This document shows, one piece after another, positions 53,166-63,859 of a stretch of DNA of 64,000 nt (its first letter is position 1; each line of letters opens with the position of its first letter). The stretch comes from Polyangia bacterium (GTDB lineage: Bacteria; Myxococcota_A; Polyangia; HGW-17). Made by a program: the position numbers and the translations under genes. The notes beneath the pieces were generated by a model. The model did not search any database. It was not told where the DNA came from and worked only from the letters and a program-made list of their open reading frames with translations. The DNA lies in assembly GCA_041686345.1 (NCBI GenBank), contig JAWLEA010000001.1:20516-84515 (forward strand), written 5' to 3'.

Positions 53166-54130
53166 TGAATTGTCATGAAGCTGAAAAATTGATCACTTTA
53201 TATTTGGATGGAGAGTTTTCCGATCAGGATAGGATAGACATTGAAGAGCATCTTGCTGTATGTTCCCATTGTAAAAAAGTGATGCAGGAAGAAAAAGAGA
53301 TAAAAAAAGCATTGCAGAAGATCTCTTTGAAAAGAGCACCAATAGCTCTGCGCAAAAATATTATCAAAGAATTGAATAATAACAAAAAAAAGGTTTTATA
53401 CTTTAATGCTTTTAAAATTGCCGGGGCTTTGGGGATGTTTGCCCTTGCGGTTTTTGTTACTTCTTTATTTACCAGAGCCAAAGAAACCAAGGTGAAATAT
53501 CTGGATCGATGCAGTAAACTTGAGACCGAATCTTCCCTTCCCTCCTTTCATAAAAACAAAAAGAACAACAATAATCCTAAAGTACAATTAGCTCGCAAGA
53601 TGGTCAGTTCAAAACATCCGGACAGAGACAAAATGCTTTTGCACAAAAAGTTCAAGGGTGTTTCCAAAAAATTGGTTACTCCTTCTTTACTTGAAAATCT
53701 GGTAGTTGAACACGTGCGATCTTTGAATCAAGATTCAGATGGCAAAGGGGGGATTAAACAAGTTGGTTTCGGTGGCAAACATAAAAGAAATATTTCCATT
53801 AAACCACCTCGTATTTATTTTCCAGGAGGCAGGAAGATAGCTTCTGCCGTTAGCAGATTCAATGGGTTTAAGGCATTAAAAAGGATATATAAAGTTGGAG
53901 ACAAAAGATTAACTTTATTTATTTTTGATGCAAAAATGATGCCCGATCTTTCTTCTTTTAATGATTATAATCATTTTCGTAATACTTCAACTGATTCTTT
54001 TTTGATTAAAACCCCAGGTGGTCGCAATGTTGCCTTGTTTGCCTACAAAGGTATCGGGTATTCTCTGGTTTCCAGTCTTAATAAGAAAACCGTGGTCAAG
54101 TTGGTGGATAATATAATCAGAAACCATTGA
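53162..54130 (+). CDS. Anti-sigma factor (zf-HC2 type) with one TM helix
   Basis: ATGA overlap with the sigma gene. Motif CHEAEKLITLYLDGEF...HLAVCSHCKK. TM helix IAGALGMFALAVFVTSLF. Confidence 0.8.
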   Translation: MMNCHEAEKLITLYLDGEFSDQDRIDIEEHLAVCSHCKKVMQEEKEIKKALQKISLKRAPIALRKNIIKELNNNKKKVLYFNAFKIAGALGMFALAVFVTSLFTRAKETKVKYLDRCSKLETESSLPSFHKNKKNNNNPKVQLARKMVSSKHPDRDKMLLHKKFKGVSKKLVTPSLLENLVVEHVRSLNQDSDGKGGIKQVGFGGKHKRNISIKPPRIYFPGGRKIASAVSRFNGFKALKRIYKVGDKRLTLFIFDAKMMPDLSSFNDYNHFRNTSTDSFLIKTPGGRNVALFAYKGIGYSLVSSLNKKTVVKLVDNIIRNH

Positions 54131-54408
54131 TTGTATTCTTGATTTCATAATTTCCCATAATTACCAAATTTTTTCATAATTTCCCATCTTCTCAGTTTAT
54201 AACCCCCATTCTTAAAAATTTTGTTTTGAAACTTGACTTATCGTCAACCATGTTTAGTTTAATTTCAGAAAATAAATACTCTAATTAATGTTGGGTATTA
54301 TACTGATAATTAAGAAGATTTATAAATTTATCAGATTTTGCGGGAAGTTGAATCTGATTACTGAATAACAAAAATAAGTTCCAATTGGAACAATATGGAG
54401 GATTTTTT

Positions 54409-56385
54409 ATGGGAAAAATTATTGGCATAGACTTGGGTACTACAAATTCCTGTGTTTCAGTAATGGAAGGTAAAGAACCAAAAGTAATTCCAAATGAAGA
54501 AGGGAACAGAACTACCCCTTCAGTAGTTTCTATCGACAGCAAAGGTGAAAAACTGGTGGGACAGATAGCCAAAAATCAGGCAATAACCAATCCTGAAAAT
54601 ACAGTTTTTTCAATCAAACGTTTTATGGGTCTCAGATATGATGAGGCTCAAGATGAAATAAAGAAGATAACCTACAAGGTTGTGAAGACTTCCAACAACG
54701 GGCTCAGGATTAAATTACACGACAAGGAATATGCAGCCCCCGAGATCAGTGCCAGAATTTTGATGAAACTCAAAAAATCAGCCGAAGAATATCTGGGAGA
54801 AGAAGTTAAGGAAGCTGTTATTACCGTTCCGGCTTATTTCAATGATTCTCAGAGACAGGCAACCAAAGATGCAGGTCAGATCGCAGGTCTTGAGGTAAAG
54901 AGAATAGTCAATGAGCCTACAGCGGCAGCTTTAGCCTACGGGCTTGATAAAAAAGACGAACAAATAGTTGCTGTTTTCGACTTTGGTGGCGGTACTTTTG
55001 ATATTTCCATTCTCGAAATTGGCGAAAATGTGGTTGAAGTTATTTCCACCAATGGTGATACCCATCTTGGTGGTGACGATATAGATCGCAAGATCATCGA
55101 TTATCTTCTGGCAGAATTCAAAAAAGAAAAAGGTATTGATGTTTCTGAAGACAAGATGGTTCTTCAGCGTCTGAAAGATGAAGCTGAAAAAGCCAAAAAA
55201 GAACTTTCAGTTAGAGAAGAAACAGAAATAAATCTTCCCTTCTTTACTCAGGGACCGTCGGGACCAGTTCATTTCAAAAAGAAACTCAGCAGAGCCAAAT
55301 TGGAAAATCTGATCTCGGATCTGGTGAACAGGACAATCGCACCTTGTAAAACAGCCTTGAAAGATGCCAAGAAAAAAATATCAGATATCAGCCAGGTCAT
55401 TCTGGTTGGCGGCTCAACCAGAATCCCTCTGGTTCAGAAAAAAGTTAAAGAATTTTTCGGCAAAGATCCCAGCAAGGGAGTAAATCCCGACGAGGTTGTG
55501 GCCAAAGGCGCAGCAGTCCAAGCCGGAGTTCTTTCAGGTGACGTCAAGGATATTTTGCTTCTGGATGTAACTCCGCTGAGTCTTGGAATTGAAACTCTCG
55601 GTGGTGTTATGACCACTTTAATTGAGAAAAATACTACAATTCCCGCCAAGAAAAGTCAGATTTTCAGTACCGCAGCTGACAACCAACCTTCGGTTGAAGT
55701 ACATGTTCTTCAGGGTGAAAGACCAAAAGCCAAAGACAATCGTACTCTCGGAAAATTTCATCTGGATGGAATTCCACCAGCACCCAGAGGTGTCCCTCAG
55801 ATCGAAGTTATTTTCGACATTGATGCTAATGGAATTTTGAATGTATCAGCTGTAGATAAAGCCACTAATCGCAAACAACATATTACCATTACAGCTTCTT
55901 CCGGACTTGATGAGGATGAAATTGAGAAGATGGTTGAAGAAGCTGAAATGCATAAAGATGAAGATGAAAGATTGCGAGAATTGATTTCCGCCAGAAATGG
56001 TCTGGAAAACCTGATCTATTCACTTGAAAAATTAATCAAAGAAAATAGTGAAAAACTTCCTGAAGATCAGAAAAAAGCTGTTGAAGAAGAACTGGAAAAA
56101 GCACGCACTACCTTAAAAGAAGACCGTGATGATCTGGAAAAACTCAAGGCGGCTCAGGAAAGCCTGAATGAAAAAGCTCAGGAAATGTCCAAAGTAATGT
56201 ATCAAGCAGCCGGAGGAGCACCGGGAGCCGGAGGAGCACCGGGAGCCGGAGGAGCACCGGGAGCCGGAGGAGCACCGGGAGCCGGAGGAGCACCGGGAGC
56301 CGGAGGAGCACCGGGAGCCGGAGCCGGTCAATCAGGTTCTTCTGACGATGATGAAGTGATTGATGCTGAATTCGAAGAGGAATGA
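54409..56385 (+). CDS. dnaK: Molecular chaperone DnaK (Hsp70)
   Basis: Motifs [17 protein letters not shown] and [10 protein letters not shown], with a C-terminal tail ...[13 protein letters not shown]. The ATG at 54409 follows GGAGG. Confidence 0.95.
   Translation: MGKIIGIDLGTTNSCVSVMEGKEPKVIPNEEGNRTTPSVVSIDSKGEKLVGQIAKNQAITNPENTVFSIKRFMGLRYDEAQDEIKKITYKVVKTSNNGLRIKLHDKEYAAPEISARILMKLKKSAEEYLGEEVKEAVITVPAYFNDSQRQATKDAGQIAGLEVKRIVNEPTAAALAYGLDKKDEQIVAVFDFGGGTFDISILEIGENVVEVISTNGDTHLGGDDIDRKIIDYLLAEFKKEKGIDVSEDKMVLQRLKDEAEKAKKELSVREETEINLPFFTQGPSGPVHFKKKLSRAKLENLISDLVNRTIAPCKTALKDAKKKISDISQVILVGGSTRIPLVQKKVKEFFGKDPSKGVNPDEVVAKGAAVQAGVLSGDVKDILLLDVTPLSLGIETLGGVMTTLIEKNTTIPAKKSQIFSTAADNQPSVEVHVLQGERPKAKDNRTLGKFHLDGIPPAPRGVPQIEVIFDIDANGILNVSAVDKATNRKQHITITASSGLDEDEIEKMVEEAEMHKDEDERLRELISARNGLENLIYSLEKLIKENSEKLPEDQKKAVEEELEKARTTLKEDRDDLEKLKAAQESLNEKAQEMSKVMYQAAGGAPGAGGAPGAGGAPGAGGAPGAGGAPGAGGAPGAGAGQSGSSDDDEVIDAEFEEE
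56209..56322 (+). repeat. 18-bp in-frame tandem repeat x6 (GGAPGA) in the dnaK 3-prime region
   Basis: GCCGGAGGAGCACCGGGA is repeated six times without substitutions. Confidence 0.9.
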
Positions 56386-56634
56386 GTTTTTATTAGTTCC
56401 TGAATTCAATTAATCGCCTTCTGCCAATCCGACCAATTTTTTTCAAAAAAACATAAATAAACCAAAAATTCGGGGATCTGAAATAATAACTAGAAATTTA
56501 TCAACTTACAGTTATACTAATGCAAAGTTAACGTTATTATCATTTATTTTCTGAAATCTTGATTTGCAGGTTTTTTTATAATCTCAATAAGATCGCAATT
56601 TCAGAAAGTTGTAAATTGCTCAGGAGTGTGCAAA

Positions 56635-59049
56635 ATGCGTAAAATAATTCTTCTATCTATTGGAATATTATTTCTGTTTACCTTTTTGACAGCATGTGAT
56701 GACAGTGGTGGAGAAGGCTGGAATAGCAACAATTCCAACAATTCCAACAATGCCACCAATAATCACACCAACGATCTTTGTACCGAAGTTACCAATGAAG
56801 ATTGCAAACCTTTGGAAGACGATGATAACGACGGTATTTCCAATGGACACGAGGGCTGCCAATGTGATCTGGATACTGATGGCGATGGAATCCCTAATTA
56901 TCTTGATACAGATTCCGATGGCGATGGTATACCCGACAAATATGAAGAAGGCGCCGGCGTCAGGGATATCAACGACGAGCCCTTGGACACCGATGGTGAC
57001 GGAACGCCCAATTTCATGGACAGAGATTCCGACAACGATGGTGTTTATGATGGAGATGAAGACAGAAATGGTGACGGGCTTCTGGGTACATGTCAGGATA
57101 ATCCCATTTCCTGCAGTGGCAGTTGTGAAGATGCCGAATCCGTTTGTCATGAAGTTCTTCATATCTGTATCAATGCTGAATGTTTGGACGGAGAAACCGA
57201 TCCCCGCCTCAAAGATACCGATGGCGATGGAGTCAATGACGGCAATGAATCAACTTTCATCTGCAATCAACCCACCGAAGACAATCCCGGCAGGAAACTG
57301 GTTCAATACAAAGACCATGCCATGGGACTGTTCAGAATAGCCATGGAAATGGAAGCCAACTATTATCCCATGGATCCCCAAAATCCCACTTCAGCAGAAG
57401 GTGCAGCAGGATTTGATATAACAGAATCAGAAGAAGCTTTTGCCGGTTTTGTTATTTCCCGTGAACCCGGCGATAATCAACTCTATACTGAAACATCACA
57501 ATTAATTTCTTCCCTGTCCAGTCTCGGTCAGGTAGTTACCCTTTCCAACGGTTCTTCCAATCTCAGTCATTCTGAGAAACAGCAGATTGTCAATGTCATT
57601 ATCAAGATCGATCTGGCCAGTGGAACTAATCCCGGAATTCTGAGAAATAAAGTTATTGCAACCTTCCTCAACCGGGATCTCAGTGAATTTTCAAATCCCA
57701 TCAACAGTCCTTTTGGTAATGATTCTACTGAACATATAATTTCTTTCATGGTTCAAAAAACCTCGAACAACCAGAGTGTGATCATGGGGGGTGTAGCCAC
57801 TTTCTCCGACTGGCAGACCAGAGAAAAGGTTGCTTTCCATGTTGCCGATGCCGCCGGCGGTGCTTGTCTTGCAGGTATGGGAGATACCGCAGAAAATGAA
57901 TGTGAACAGTATATGGCCGAAGAACCAACAGCCGATATTGTCTGGGTTGTCGATGATTCCGGTTCCATGGACGACGATCAGACCAAGCTGGCCAATGCCT
58001 CTCAGACCTTTCTGACAGTTGCTGCCAACCACGGTCTCAACTGGAGGATGTGTGTAGTCGATATGACCGAAGACAACGACGGTTCTTGTTGTACTGGAAC
58101 CGGCCAATCTGGAGATCGCTGGCTTACCAAAGGTAATTCCGGCGATGAACAATTATTCAGAGAATGTGTACAAGATCCATCCGGTGCTCAAGGAGCAGAC
58201 GGTGGTGCCGAATTCGGCCTCACCCAAATGCAGGTTGCGGTGGAGCGTCATCTTCCTCCCCAGCAGGATTCCGATGAAAAATTTCGTCCCAATGCCGCTC
58301 GTATAGTATTCTTCCTTACAGACGAAGTTGCCAATGAAGTGGATCAGCATGATTTATGTCCAAATGTGCCCGGAGCTGATGACTGCCACTTTTTTTCCGG
58401 CTGTATGGTTGACGACATGATGGGTTGCATGGACGTAATGCAGGATGTAGCCCTTCAGATTGAGTGCCAAGGTTATCCTGATATGTGGAATTATCCCCAG
58501 TGTGAAGATGTTTATTATTGCATGGGTGATCTCAGTGATGAAGCTTGGGATCCGGTGTTGTGTGATCATCTGGTTCAACCTTATTACCAATATGCCGAAA
58601 CCAACGATCTCATCGCCTACGGTCTGGCTATTTTATCTTCTGATGATCCCGATGAATGCACCGATGAAGAAGGGTCTGGTACTACAGCTCCCCATGGTTA
58701 CCAGGAAGTTATTGCCCATACCGGTGGCATTCTGGCTTCTTTATGTCAGCAAGATCTTACAACTACCATGGAACTCATTATCGAAGATATGGCAGGAGCA
58801 GCTTCCCCCATCTTTCTTGAACATACACCCATTCCAGTTTCTCTGGCTATGTCTATTGAAAGAAAAGATCCTCAGGATCCCGACAACTCAACCTTTGAGG
58901 TAATTGAACGTTCCAAAACCAACGGTTTTAACTATAAAGCCTCTTCCAACCGTATTATCCTTACAGGACAACCCATGGATTATCCTCCCTACGAAGTAGT
59001 TGTTTCCTATACCAGATGGGTTACAACCATTGTTCCTCCTGATAAATAA
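56635..59049 (+). CDS. Large acidic Cys-rich lipoprotein with thrombospondin type-3-like repeats and a von Willebrand factor A (MIDAS) domain
   Basis: The ATG at 56635 lies 8 nt after AGGAG. Lipobox FTFLTAC followed by DDSGG. Repeats [22 protein letters not shown] / [31 protein letters not shown]-like motif [14 protein letters not shown]. Confidence 0.75.
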   Translation: MRKIILLSIGILFLFTFLTACDDSGGEGWNSNNSNNSNNATNNHTNDLCTEVTNEDCKPLEDDDNDGISNGHEGCQCDLDTDGDGIPNYLDTDSDGDGIPDKYEEGAGVRDINDEPLDTDGDGTPNFMDRDSDNDGVYDGDEDRNGDGLLGTCQDNPISCSGSCEDAESVCHEVLHICINAECLDGETDPRLKDTDGDGVNDGNESTFICNQPTEDNPGRKLVQYKDHAMGLFRIAMEMEANYYPMDPQNPTSAEGAAGFDITESEEAFAGFVISREPGDNQLYTETSQLISSLSSLGQVVTLSNGSSNLSHSEKQQIVNVIIKIDLASGTNPGILRNKVIATFLNRDLSEFSNPINSPFGNDSTEHIISFMVQKTSNNQSVIMGGVATFSDWQTREKVAFHVADAAGGACLAGMGDTAENECEQYMAEEPTADIVWVVDDSGSMDDDQTKLANASQTFLTVAANHGLNWRMCVVDMTEDNDGSCCTGTGQSGDRWLTKGNSGDEQLFRECVQDPSGAQGADGGAEFGLTQMQVAVERHLPPQQDSDEKFRPNAARIVFFLTDEVANEVDQHDLCPNVPGADDCHFFSGCMVDDMMGCMDVMQDVALQIECQGYPDMWNYPQCEDVYYCMGDLSDEAWDPVLCDHLVQPYYQYAETNDLIAYGLAILSSDDPDECTDEEGSGTTAPHGYQEVIAHTGGILASLCQQDLTTTMELIIEDMAGAASPIFLEHTPIPVSLAMSIERKDPQDPDNSTFEVIERSKTNGFNYKASSNRIILTGQPMDYPPYEVVVSYTRWVTTIVPPDK

Positions 59050-59180
59050 ACTCGGATTCTGCCGAATTATTTTTTCTCACCTGATTTTTCATCAATAAAA
59101 CAGATCTTGCAGGGGTTTTGCATATCCCAGAATATTTGCTGATTTAAAAATTATAATTTCAAACAGACGGGGTTAGTTTG

Positions 59181-59231
59181 GACGCATTTCAATCCAGCTT
59201 CTTCCCAAGCCTATAACCCCTATTCTGGAAC
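59181..59231 (+). mobile_element. Fragment of the MITE-like element (right half, degenerate), copy K
   Basis: GGACGCATTTCAATCCAGCTTCTTCCCAAGCCTATAACCCCTATTCTGGAAC aligns with CCGCGCATCTCAATCCAATTTCTTCCCCAAGCCAAAAACACCACTTCTGGGATGGGAAC of copy G. Confidence 0.6.
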
Positions 59232-59461
59232 TAATGACGGGTAGTTTTTACGGGAGGTGCTTTTTCGGGGTTGAATACTTGAACAGTGATTGAAATAAAG
59301 GACCAGAGAAATAAACTGAAAAGAATAAGGCCGACAATTATTTTTACCAGTTTTTGGCTGGTATGGAACTCATTGGTTGAAGTTTTGTGTGGATCTTCGT
59401 TGAGGGAATCACTGGAATTTTGCTTGGAGTTTTCGGCATTATTACTACTGCTCATATACAT
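59231..59461 (-). CDS. Small single-pass membrane protein (hypothetical)
   Basis: 76 aa with one TM helix (IIVGLILFSLFLWSFISI). It is divergent from comEC, and its stop codon abuts the end of fragment K. Confidence 0.35.
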   Translation of the reverse strand: MYMSSSNNAENSKQNSSDSLNEDPHKTSTNEFHTSQKLVKIIVGLILFSLFLWSFISITVQVFNPEKAPPVKTTRH

Positions 59462-59544
59462 TAATAATACAAGTCAGTTTCAAAATCTCCAGAAAAAAAT
59501 AAAAAAAAAGTCTATTTTCGAAAAAAAAATTCGAAAATAAGAAT

Positions 59545-61584
59545 ATGTCACCATTAGTTTTATCGTTTTCTGTAATTTTGTTGCTCAATACTCTTTTTCC
59601 TCTGGGATGGGTATATATTTTTGTCGGATTTGCATGTTTTGGAGGACACTTTCTCTTTTCACGGCCTTATCTGAAACTTATGTTTTATAGTGCAACTTTG
59701 ATCTTTCTTGGATTTGGAGTTTGTAATAGTTTTAATTCCCGTTACAAGCAATTTTTTAAGGTAGATAACAGGGTTAAAATTCTAAAAAACAGACCCGGAG
59801 GGAAAGGACAAAATTGGCACCAGGGAATTTCCACATCGGGTAAACAGATATATTTTAAAAGCTCCAAATTGTGGAAAAAAGGAAGTTATCTGCTTGTCAC
59901 TTCAGAACCAAAACCTGTTCAACTCCCTTTGGTTGCAGAGGTAGAAGAGAATGTTTTTTCAAAAGAGGTGACTCTGATTGAGGGAATGACTACCGGAGGA
60001 ACCGTCAAAAGATCAGAAAAAAAAATATTCAACAATTCCGGATTATCTCATCTGCTGGCTATCTCTGGATTGCACATGTCAGTGGTGATTTTACTTTCAT
60101 TTCTGACAGCTGCGGCTATTCACATAATTTTACCCCAGAAATATTATTTTAATAAGGAGAGATTGGAAATAGTGCTGGCGCTGCTGGCGATCTGGTTTTA
60201 CTGGAAAATTAACAGCAGTGCCATATCTGTAAGCCGAGCCGCTTTGATGGCAACCATCTATCTTTTATGTTCACGCTGGCAGGGACGGGGAAATATCTAC
60301 AACGTAGCCGGAATAGCTTTCAGCGCCTTTTTGCTTGTTGATCCTCTGGTTATTTATGAACTTTCCTTTCAATTGTCTTTTGCCGCTTTGGGGGGGATTT
60401 TACTCCTGGGCAAAGTGGGAAAAAGCAATTTATCCAGATATATTCTGATTACTCTGGGTGCTTCAGGAGCAACAGCACCACTTATTTTCCATTATTTCGG
60501 TCAAGTCAATCCGTTTTCTTTGCTTCTGAATATTGTAATAGTTCCAATTTTCAGTTTTTTTATCATTCCAGCAGGGATAGTTGTAAATGTAGCCGGTGGT
60601 TTGAATCAAGCTTGGCGTCAAGCAGGATTCGAGCTTTTAAAATTCCCGTTGCAAATGATTCTAACCCTGTTGGTAAAAATAAATAAACTAGTTCCCACCT
60701 GGAGTCCCCGGGATAGTTTCATGATTTACTGGGTTTTCTGGATTGTTTTGCTGGTATTGGCTCTGGGCAGATCAAGAAGAATCAAAATTTTATTGGTGTT
60801 GTTATGTCTGGTGCTGGTAAGTTTTTTCGGCAGTAGTGAAAACAAAACGGAGGGAATGGATTTATACTTTATTTCAGCCAAAAAAGGAGAAAGCACCCTG
60901 GCAACATTTGAAACACCTTCAGGTCAGAAAAATATTCTGATAGATGCGGGAGCTTTTAAGGTTTTTACTTTATTGAAAAATTTAAAGATAGACACTGTCC
61001 ACGCTTTATATCTGACCCATTTTCATCGAGATCACCTTCAGTATCTTAAAAAGATCTGCAACAATTTTAAAGTTGATAAAATCTACCATAATACTTCTCC
61101 CCTTCAGGTTCAGTTGAAAGAAATCTGTCCCCGGGTGAAAACGGGTCTTGCTCAACGAAAATTGGTTTTCGGTGAGGTCAAGTTGCAGATTTTACAAGGA
61201 AGACAAGCTGTTCCAATCTTTTCTGAAAACAATAAGTCGTTGGTGCTTTTACTCAAATATAAAAAGTTTTGCGTTTTATTTCCGGGAGATTTGGAAAAAG
61301 AAGGTGAAAATCTCCTGCTGGAAAAAGTATATTTCAACAATGATATTAAAAAGATCTGCAAAGAGAGGTATTTGAAAGTTGCTCATCATGGAAGCAACAA
61401 TTCAACCTCAGAAAAATTTATCAACTGGTTTGGTCCTCAGTCGGTTTATATTTTAGGGGGAAAGGCTGCTGATATTCTCAAAGAGCGTTTTGCCAGACAT
61501 AAAATAGAAACTTTAGGGGGAAAGCCGGGAATTTATCATTTGCATAAAGATTTTAATTCTAACCTGGAAGGAGAAAATAAATGA
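59545..61584 (+). CDS. comEC: ComEC/Rec2-family DNA internalisation channel protein with C-terminal metallo-beta-lactamase domain
   Basis: Competence-domain motif GLSHLLAISGLHMSVV, multiple TM helices and MBL motif YLTHFHRDHL...VAHHGS. Confidence 0.85.
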   Translation: MSPLVLSFSVILLLNTLFPLGWVYIFVGFACFGGHFLFSRPYLKLMFYSATLIFLGFGVCNSFNSRYKQFFKVDNRVKILKNRPGGKGQNWHQGISTSGKQIYFKSSKLWKKGSYLLVTSEPKPVQLPLVAEVEENVFSKEVTLIEGMTTGGTVKRSEKKIFNNSGLSHLLAISGLHMSVVILLSFLTAAAIHIILPQKYYFNKERLEIVLALLAIWFYWKINSSAISVSRAALMATIYLLCSRWQGRGNIYNVAGIAFSAFLLVDPLVIYELSFQLSFAALGGILLLGKVGKSNLSRYILITLGASGATAPLIFHYFGQVNPFSLLLNIVIVPIFSFFIIPAGIVVNVAGGLNQAWRQAGFELLKFPLQMILTLLVKINKLVPTWSPRDSFMIYWVFWIVLLVLALGRSRRIKILLVLLCLVLVSFFGSSENKTEGMDLYFISAKKGESTLATFETPSGQKNILIDAGAFKVFTLLKNLKIDTVHALYLTHFHRDHLQYLKKICNNFKVDKIYHNTSPLQVQLKEICPRVKTGLAQRKLVFGEVKLQILQGRQAVPIFSENNKSLVLLLKYKKFCVLFPGDLEKEGENLLLEKVYFNNDIKKICKERYLKVAHHGSNNSTSEKFINWFGPQSVYILGGKAADILKERFARHKIETLGGKPGIYHLHKDFNSNLEGENK

Positions 61585-63023
61585 AAACAATAACCAAAAT
61601 AATTTTTCTGATAATTACAAGTTGTATTATGCAGTCTCGGGTTGAAGCTGTGGATAACCCTGGAGCAACAAAAAATCACAGGGCCGTTTTGCTACTGTTC
61701 ACTCCGGGTCTTGATGCAAAAAATATCTCCGGTTTCTCTCCCTTTTTAACCAGGAGAAAGTTTAAAAGTTTTTCCAAATTTCCTCTGATAAATTTCCTGG
61801 AAATTTTATTGGGCGCCAAAAGTAAAAACCAGTTAAATTCCCGTTTTTTCAAAGGAGGAAAAAAAGTCTCTCTGCAAAGAGCACAATTGCAAAAGTTATC
61901 CTGGCTGGATCTGGCAAAGGATTTCCTGGTTTTTGCTCCATATTCCAAATTATTGAAGTCAACTGAGGTAAAAAAAAGAACTATTTCTCCGGGCAGGATT
62001 TCAGTATTAGTCAGAGAAAGGAAACTTGTCTTGGGTAGAAAATTTATATTTTTTGTAAAACCTCGAGGAAACAGACCGGGAGCAAAATGGACAGCGATTG
62101 TACGGAAGGAAAAAAATAAATTACTTTTGGAACTGCCTCGGGATATCTCTGTATTCGGAAACCCCCAAAACATCATTGAGTTGAAAAAGGGAAAGGGAAT
62201 GCTTTTGCAATTAAATAAAGGAAACAGGATATTCAATCTGTATTTTCATGTGAGAGATTTTTCGGAAAACACGATAATCATTTACCAGAAGGGACCTCAG
62301 AAAGGTATTTATACGGGGAAACCGGATTATACCGGTTTAAAAAATGAATATATCGGCTCTTCTATTTTTGGGGGAGAATTTTTATCTTCTTTGGAGGTGA
62401 TTTTTAGAAATATTATGGTGGAGAGGCGAAGTTACAATCTTCTCTTTTTGGATTTCGCGGCTGAACTTGAAAAATATCTGATGAGATACGATCAAAAAGA
62501 TATTGTCGAAAAATGGAAGAACATTGCCGGGAAAAAGCTGGGACAATTTTTGAAAAAATGGAAGGTTAAAAACCCCCGGGGCCAAATCCACTGGATAGGG
62601 ATGTCAGGGTTGCTATTAGTTGAAAAGAGGCTCGATCTGGGGCAATTGCTGGAAAGTGACAAGTTTCTGCTGCTGGAAAATGGCAGTGAAGCTCTTTTGT
62701 ATCCTTGGGGTTTTAGGGGAAATATTTGGGAATTTTATCATTATATTTCAAAAAAACTTGGCAGATACAAAAAGTTGAAAAAATACTGGCAACTGATTCC
62801 CGGCAGAGAGTTTATCAAAGTAAAGTTGAAGGCTGAATATCGGGCAGGATCCTGCAGACGGGGAAGTATTGTCTGTGATGATTATTCCGGGGGAAATTGG
62901 GGATATCCCCGGGTTGGTATTATGTATTATACCAATGATAATAATTTGCCCGGGGAATTGAGAAGCCCGGCAGAACTGGGAGAGCACTTTTTTTATGGTT
63001 TAAAGGAGATGGAAAAGAAATAA
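61581..63023 (+). CDS. Hypothetical secreted protein, translationally coupled to comEC
   Basis: ATGA overlap with the comEC stop. Signal peptide IIFLIITSCIMQSRVEA. It is Lys-rich and I recognise no family. Confidence 0.5.
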   Translation: MKTITKIIFLIITSCIMQSRVEAVDNPGATKNHRAVLLLFTPGLDAKNISGFSPFLTRRKFKSFSKFPLINFLEILLGAKSKNQLNSRFFKGGKKVSLQRAQLQKLSWLDLAKDFLVFAPYSKLLKSTEVKKRTISPGRISVLVRERKLVLGRKFIFFVKPRGNRPGAKWTAIVRKEKNKLLLELPRDISVFGNPQNIIELKKGKGMLLQLNKGNRIFNLYFHVRDFSENTIIIYQKGPQKGIYTGKPDYTGLKNEYIGSSIFGGEFLSSLEVIFRNIMVERRSYNLLFLDFAAELEKYLMRYDQKDIVEKWKNIAGKKLGQFLKKWKVKNPRGQIHWIGMSGLLLVEKRLDLGQLLESDKFLLLENGSEALLYPWGFRGNIWEFYHYISKKLGRYKKLKKYWQLIPGREFIKVKLKAEYRAGSCRRGSIVCDDYSGGNWGYPRVGIMYYTNDNNLPGELRSPAELGEHFFYGLKEMEKK

Positions 63024-63187
63024 TTACCTGGATCATATTTTAAGTTCGGGATGATTATTTTTCTTTTTGAAACCGGAACAAACAGGTTCTATCTTGGTTC
63101 AGCTAGAAAATACGCCGAAATCGTGGTAATAATGAAGTTGGAAATAAGTTATTCTCCATAATTTTCCACTTATAAAGGACAAAATTA

Positions 63188-63709
63188 ATGTCTGCATCAG
63201 AACCCCGAATAATTAAGCGTTATGCCAACCGAAAGCTCTATGATACTGTCGATAGTCAATATATTACCTTAAAGACCATATCTGAATTAATAAAGAAAAA
63301 CAATATGGTACGCATTATCGATAATGATTCTGGAGAAGATCTCACCCGTGATTTTTTGTTGCAAATCATCAGAAAACAGGAAAAAAAGTGGAAACTTTTT
63401 CCTTTGCAGTCTCTGGTTCAGATGATTAAAATGGGGCGTACTTCCTCTAACGATTTTCTTCATAATTTAAAAAGTGATATGGATCTGAGAATGGGGGACA
63501 TACCAAAAATCAGTGATCTCAAAGAAGCCATAGAAAATTACCAAAGAAGATTTGAAGAGTGGCAGAAAAATATTGAAAATCAGCTTCATACAATTCTGGA
63601 AGCTCCCAGTACTTTGTTGTCAAAAGAAATAGATTTCATGAAAAAGAGATTGATTTCTCTTGAAGACAAGGTACAGGAATTAAAAAATAAAATAGAAAAG
63701 AACAACTAG
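63188..63709 (+). CDS. PhaR-like protein (polyhydroxyalkanoate synthesis regulator N-terminal DNA-binding domain)
   Basis: IIKRYANRKLYDTVDSQYITLKTISELIKKNNMVRIIDNDSGEDLTRDFLLQII matches the PhaR N-terminal signature. The C-terminus is coiled coil. Confidence 0.7.
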   Translation: MSASEPRIIKRYANRKLYDTVDSQYITLKTISELIKKNNMVRIIDNDSGEDLTRDFLLQIIRKQEKKWKLFPLQSLVQMIKMGRTSSNDFLHNLKSDMDLRMGDIPKISDLKEAIENYQRRFEEWQKNIENQLHTILEAPSTLLSKEIDFMKKRLISLEDKVQELKNKIEKNN

Positions 63710-63859
63710 CAGTAAATCTGAAGTGGAATATTTTCAAAACCAACAGATAAATTACAAGTTGAACTTTTAAAAAACTCGTTTTTAATTTAAAATATTTATT
63801 CCAGTAATTTTTCAGTGGAATAAGACTGCTAAGTTTTTAGTTATCAGGTGTAATCTTTA

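Noticed and set aside
56668-57340. ORFs 56668..57162 (-) and 56696..57340 (+, alternative frame) inside the VWA lipoprotein gene.
   Set aside because: These are out-of-frame or antisense products of a repeat-rich region. They have no signals, and the main frame has a lipobox, TSP3 and MIDAS motifs.
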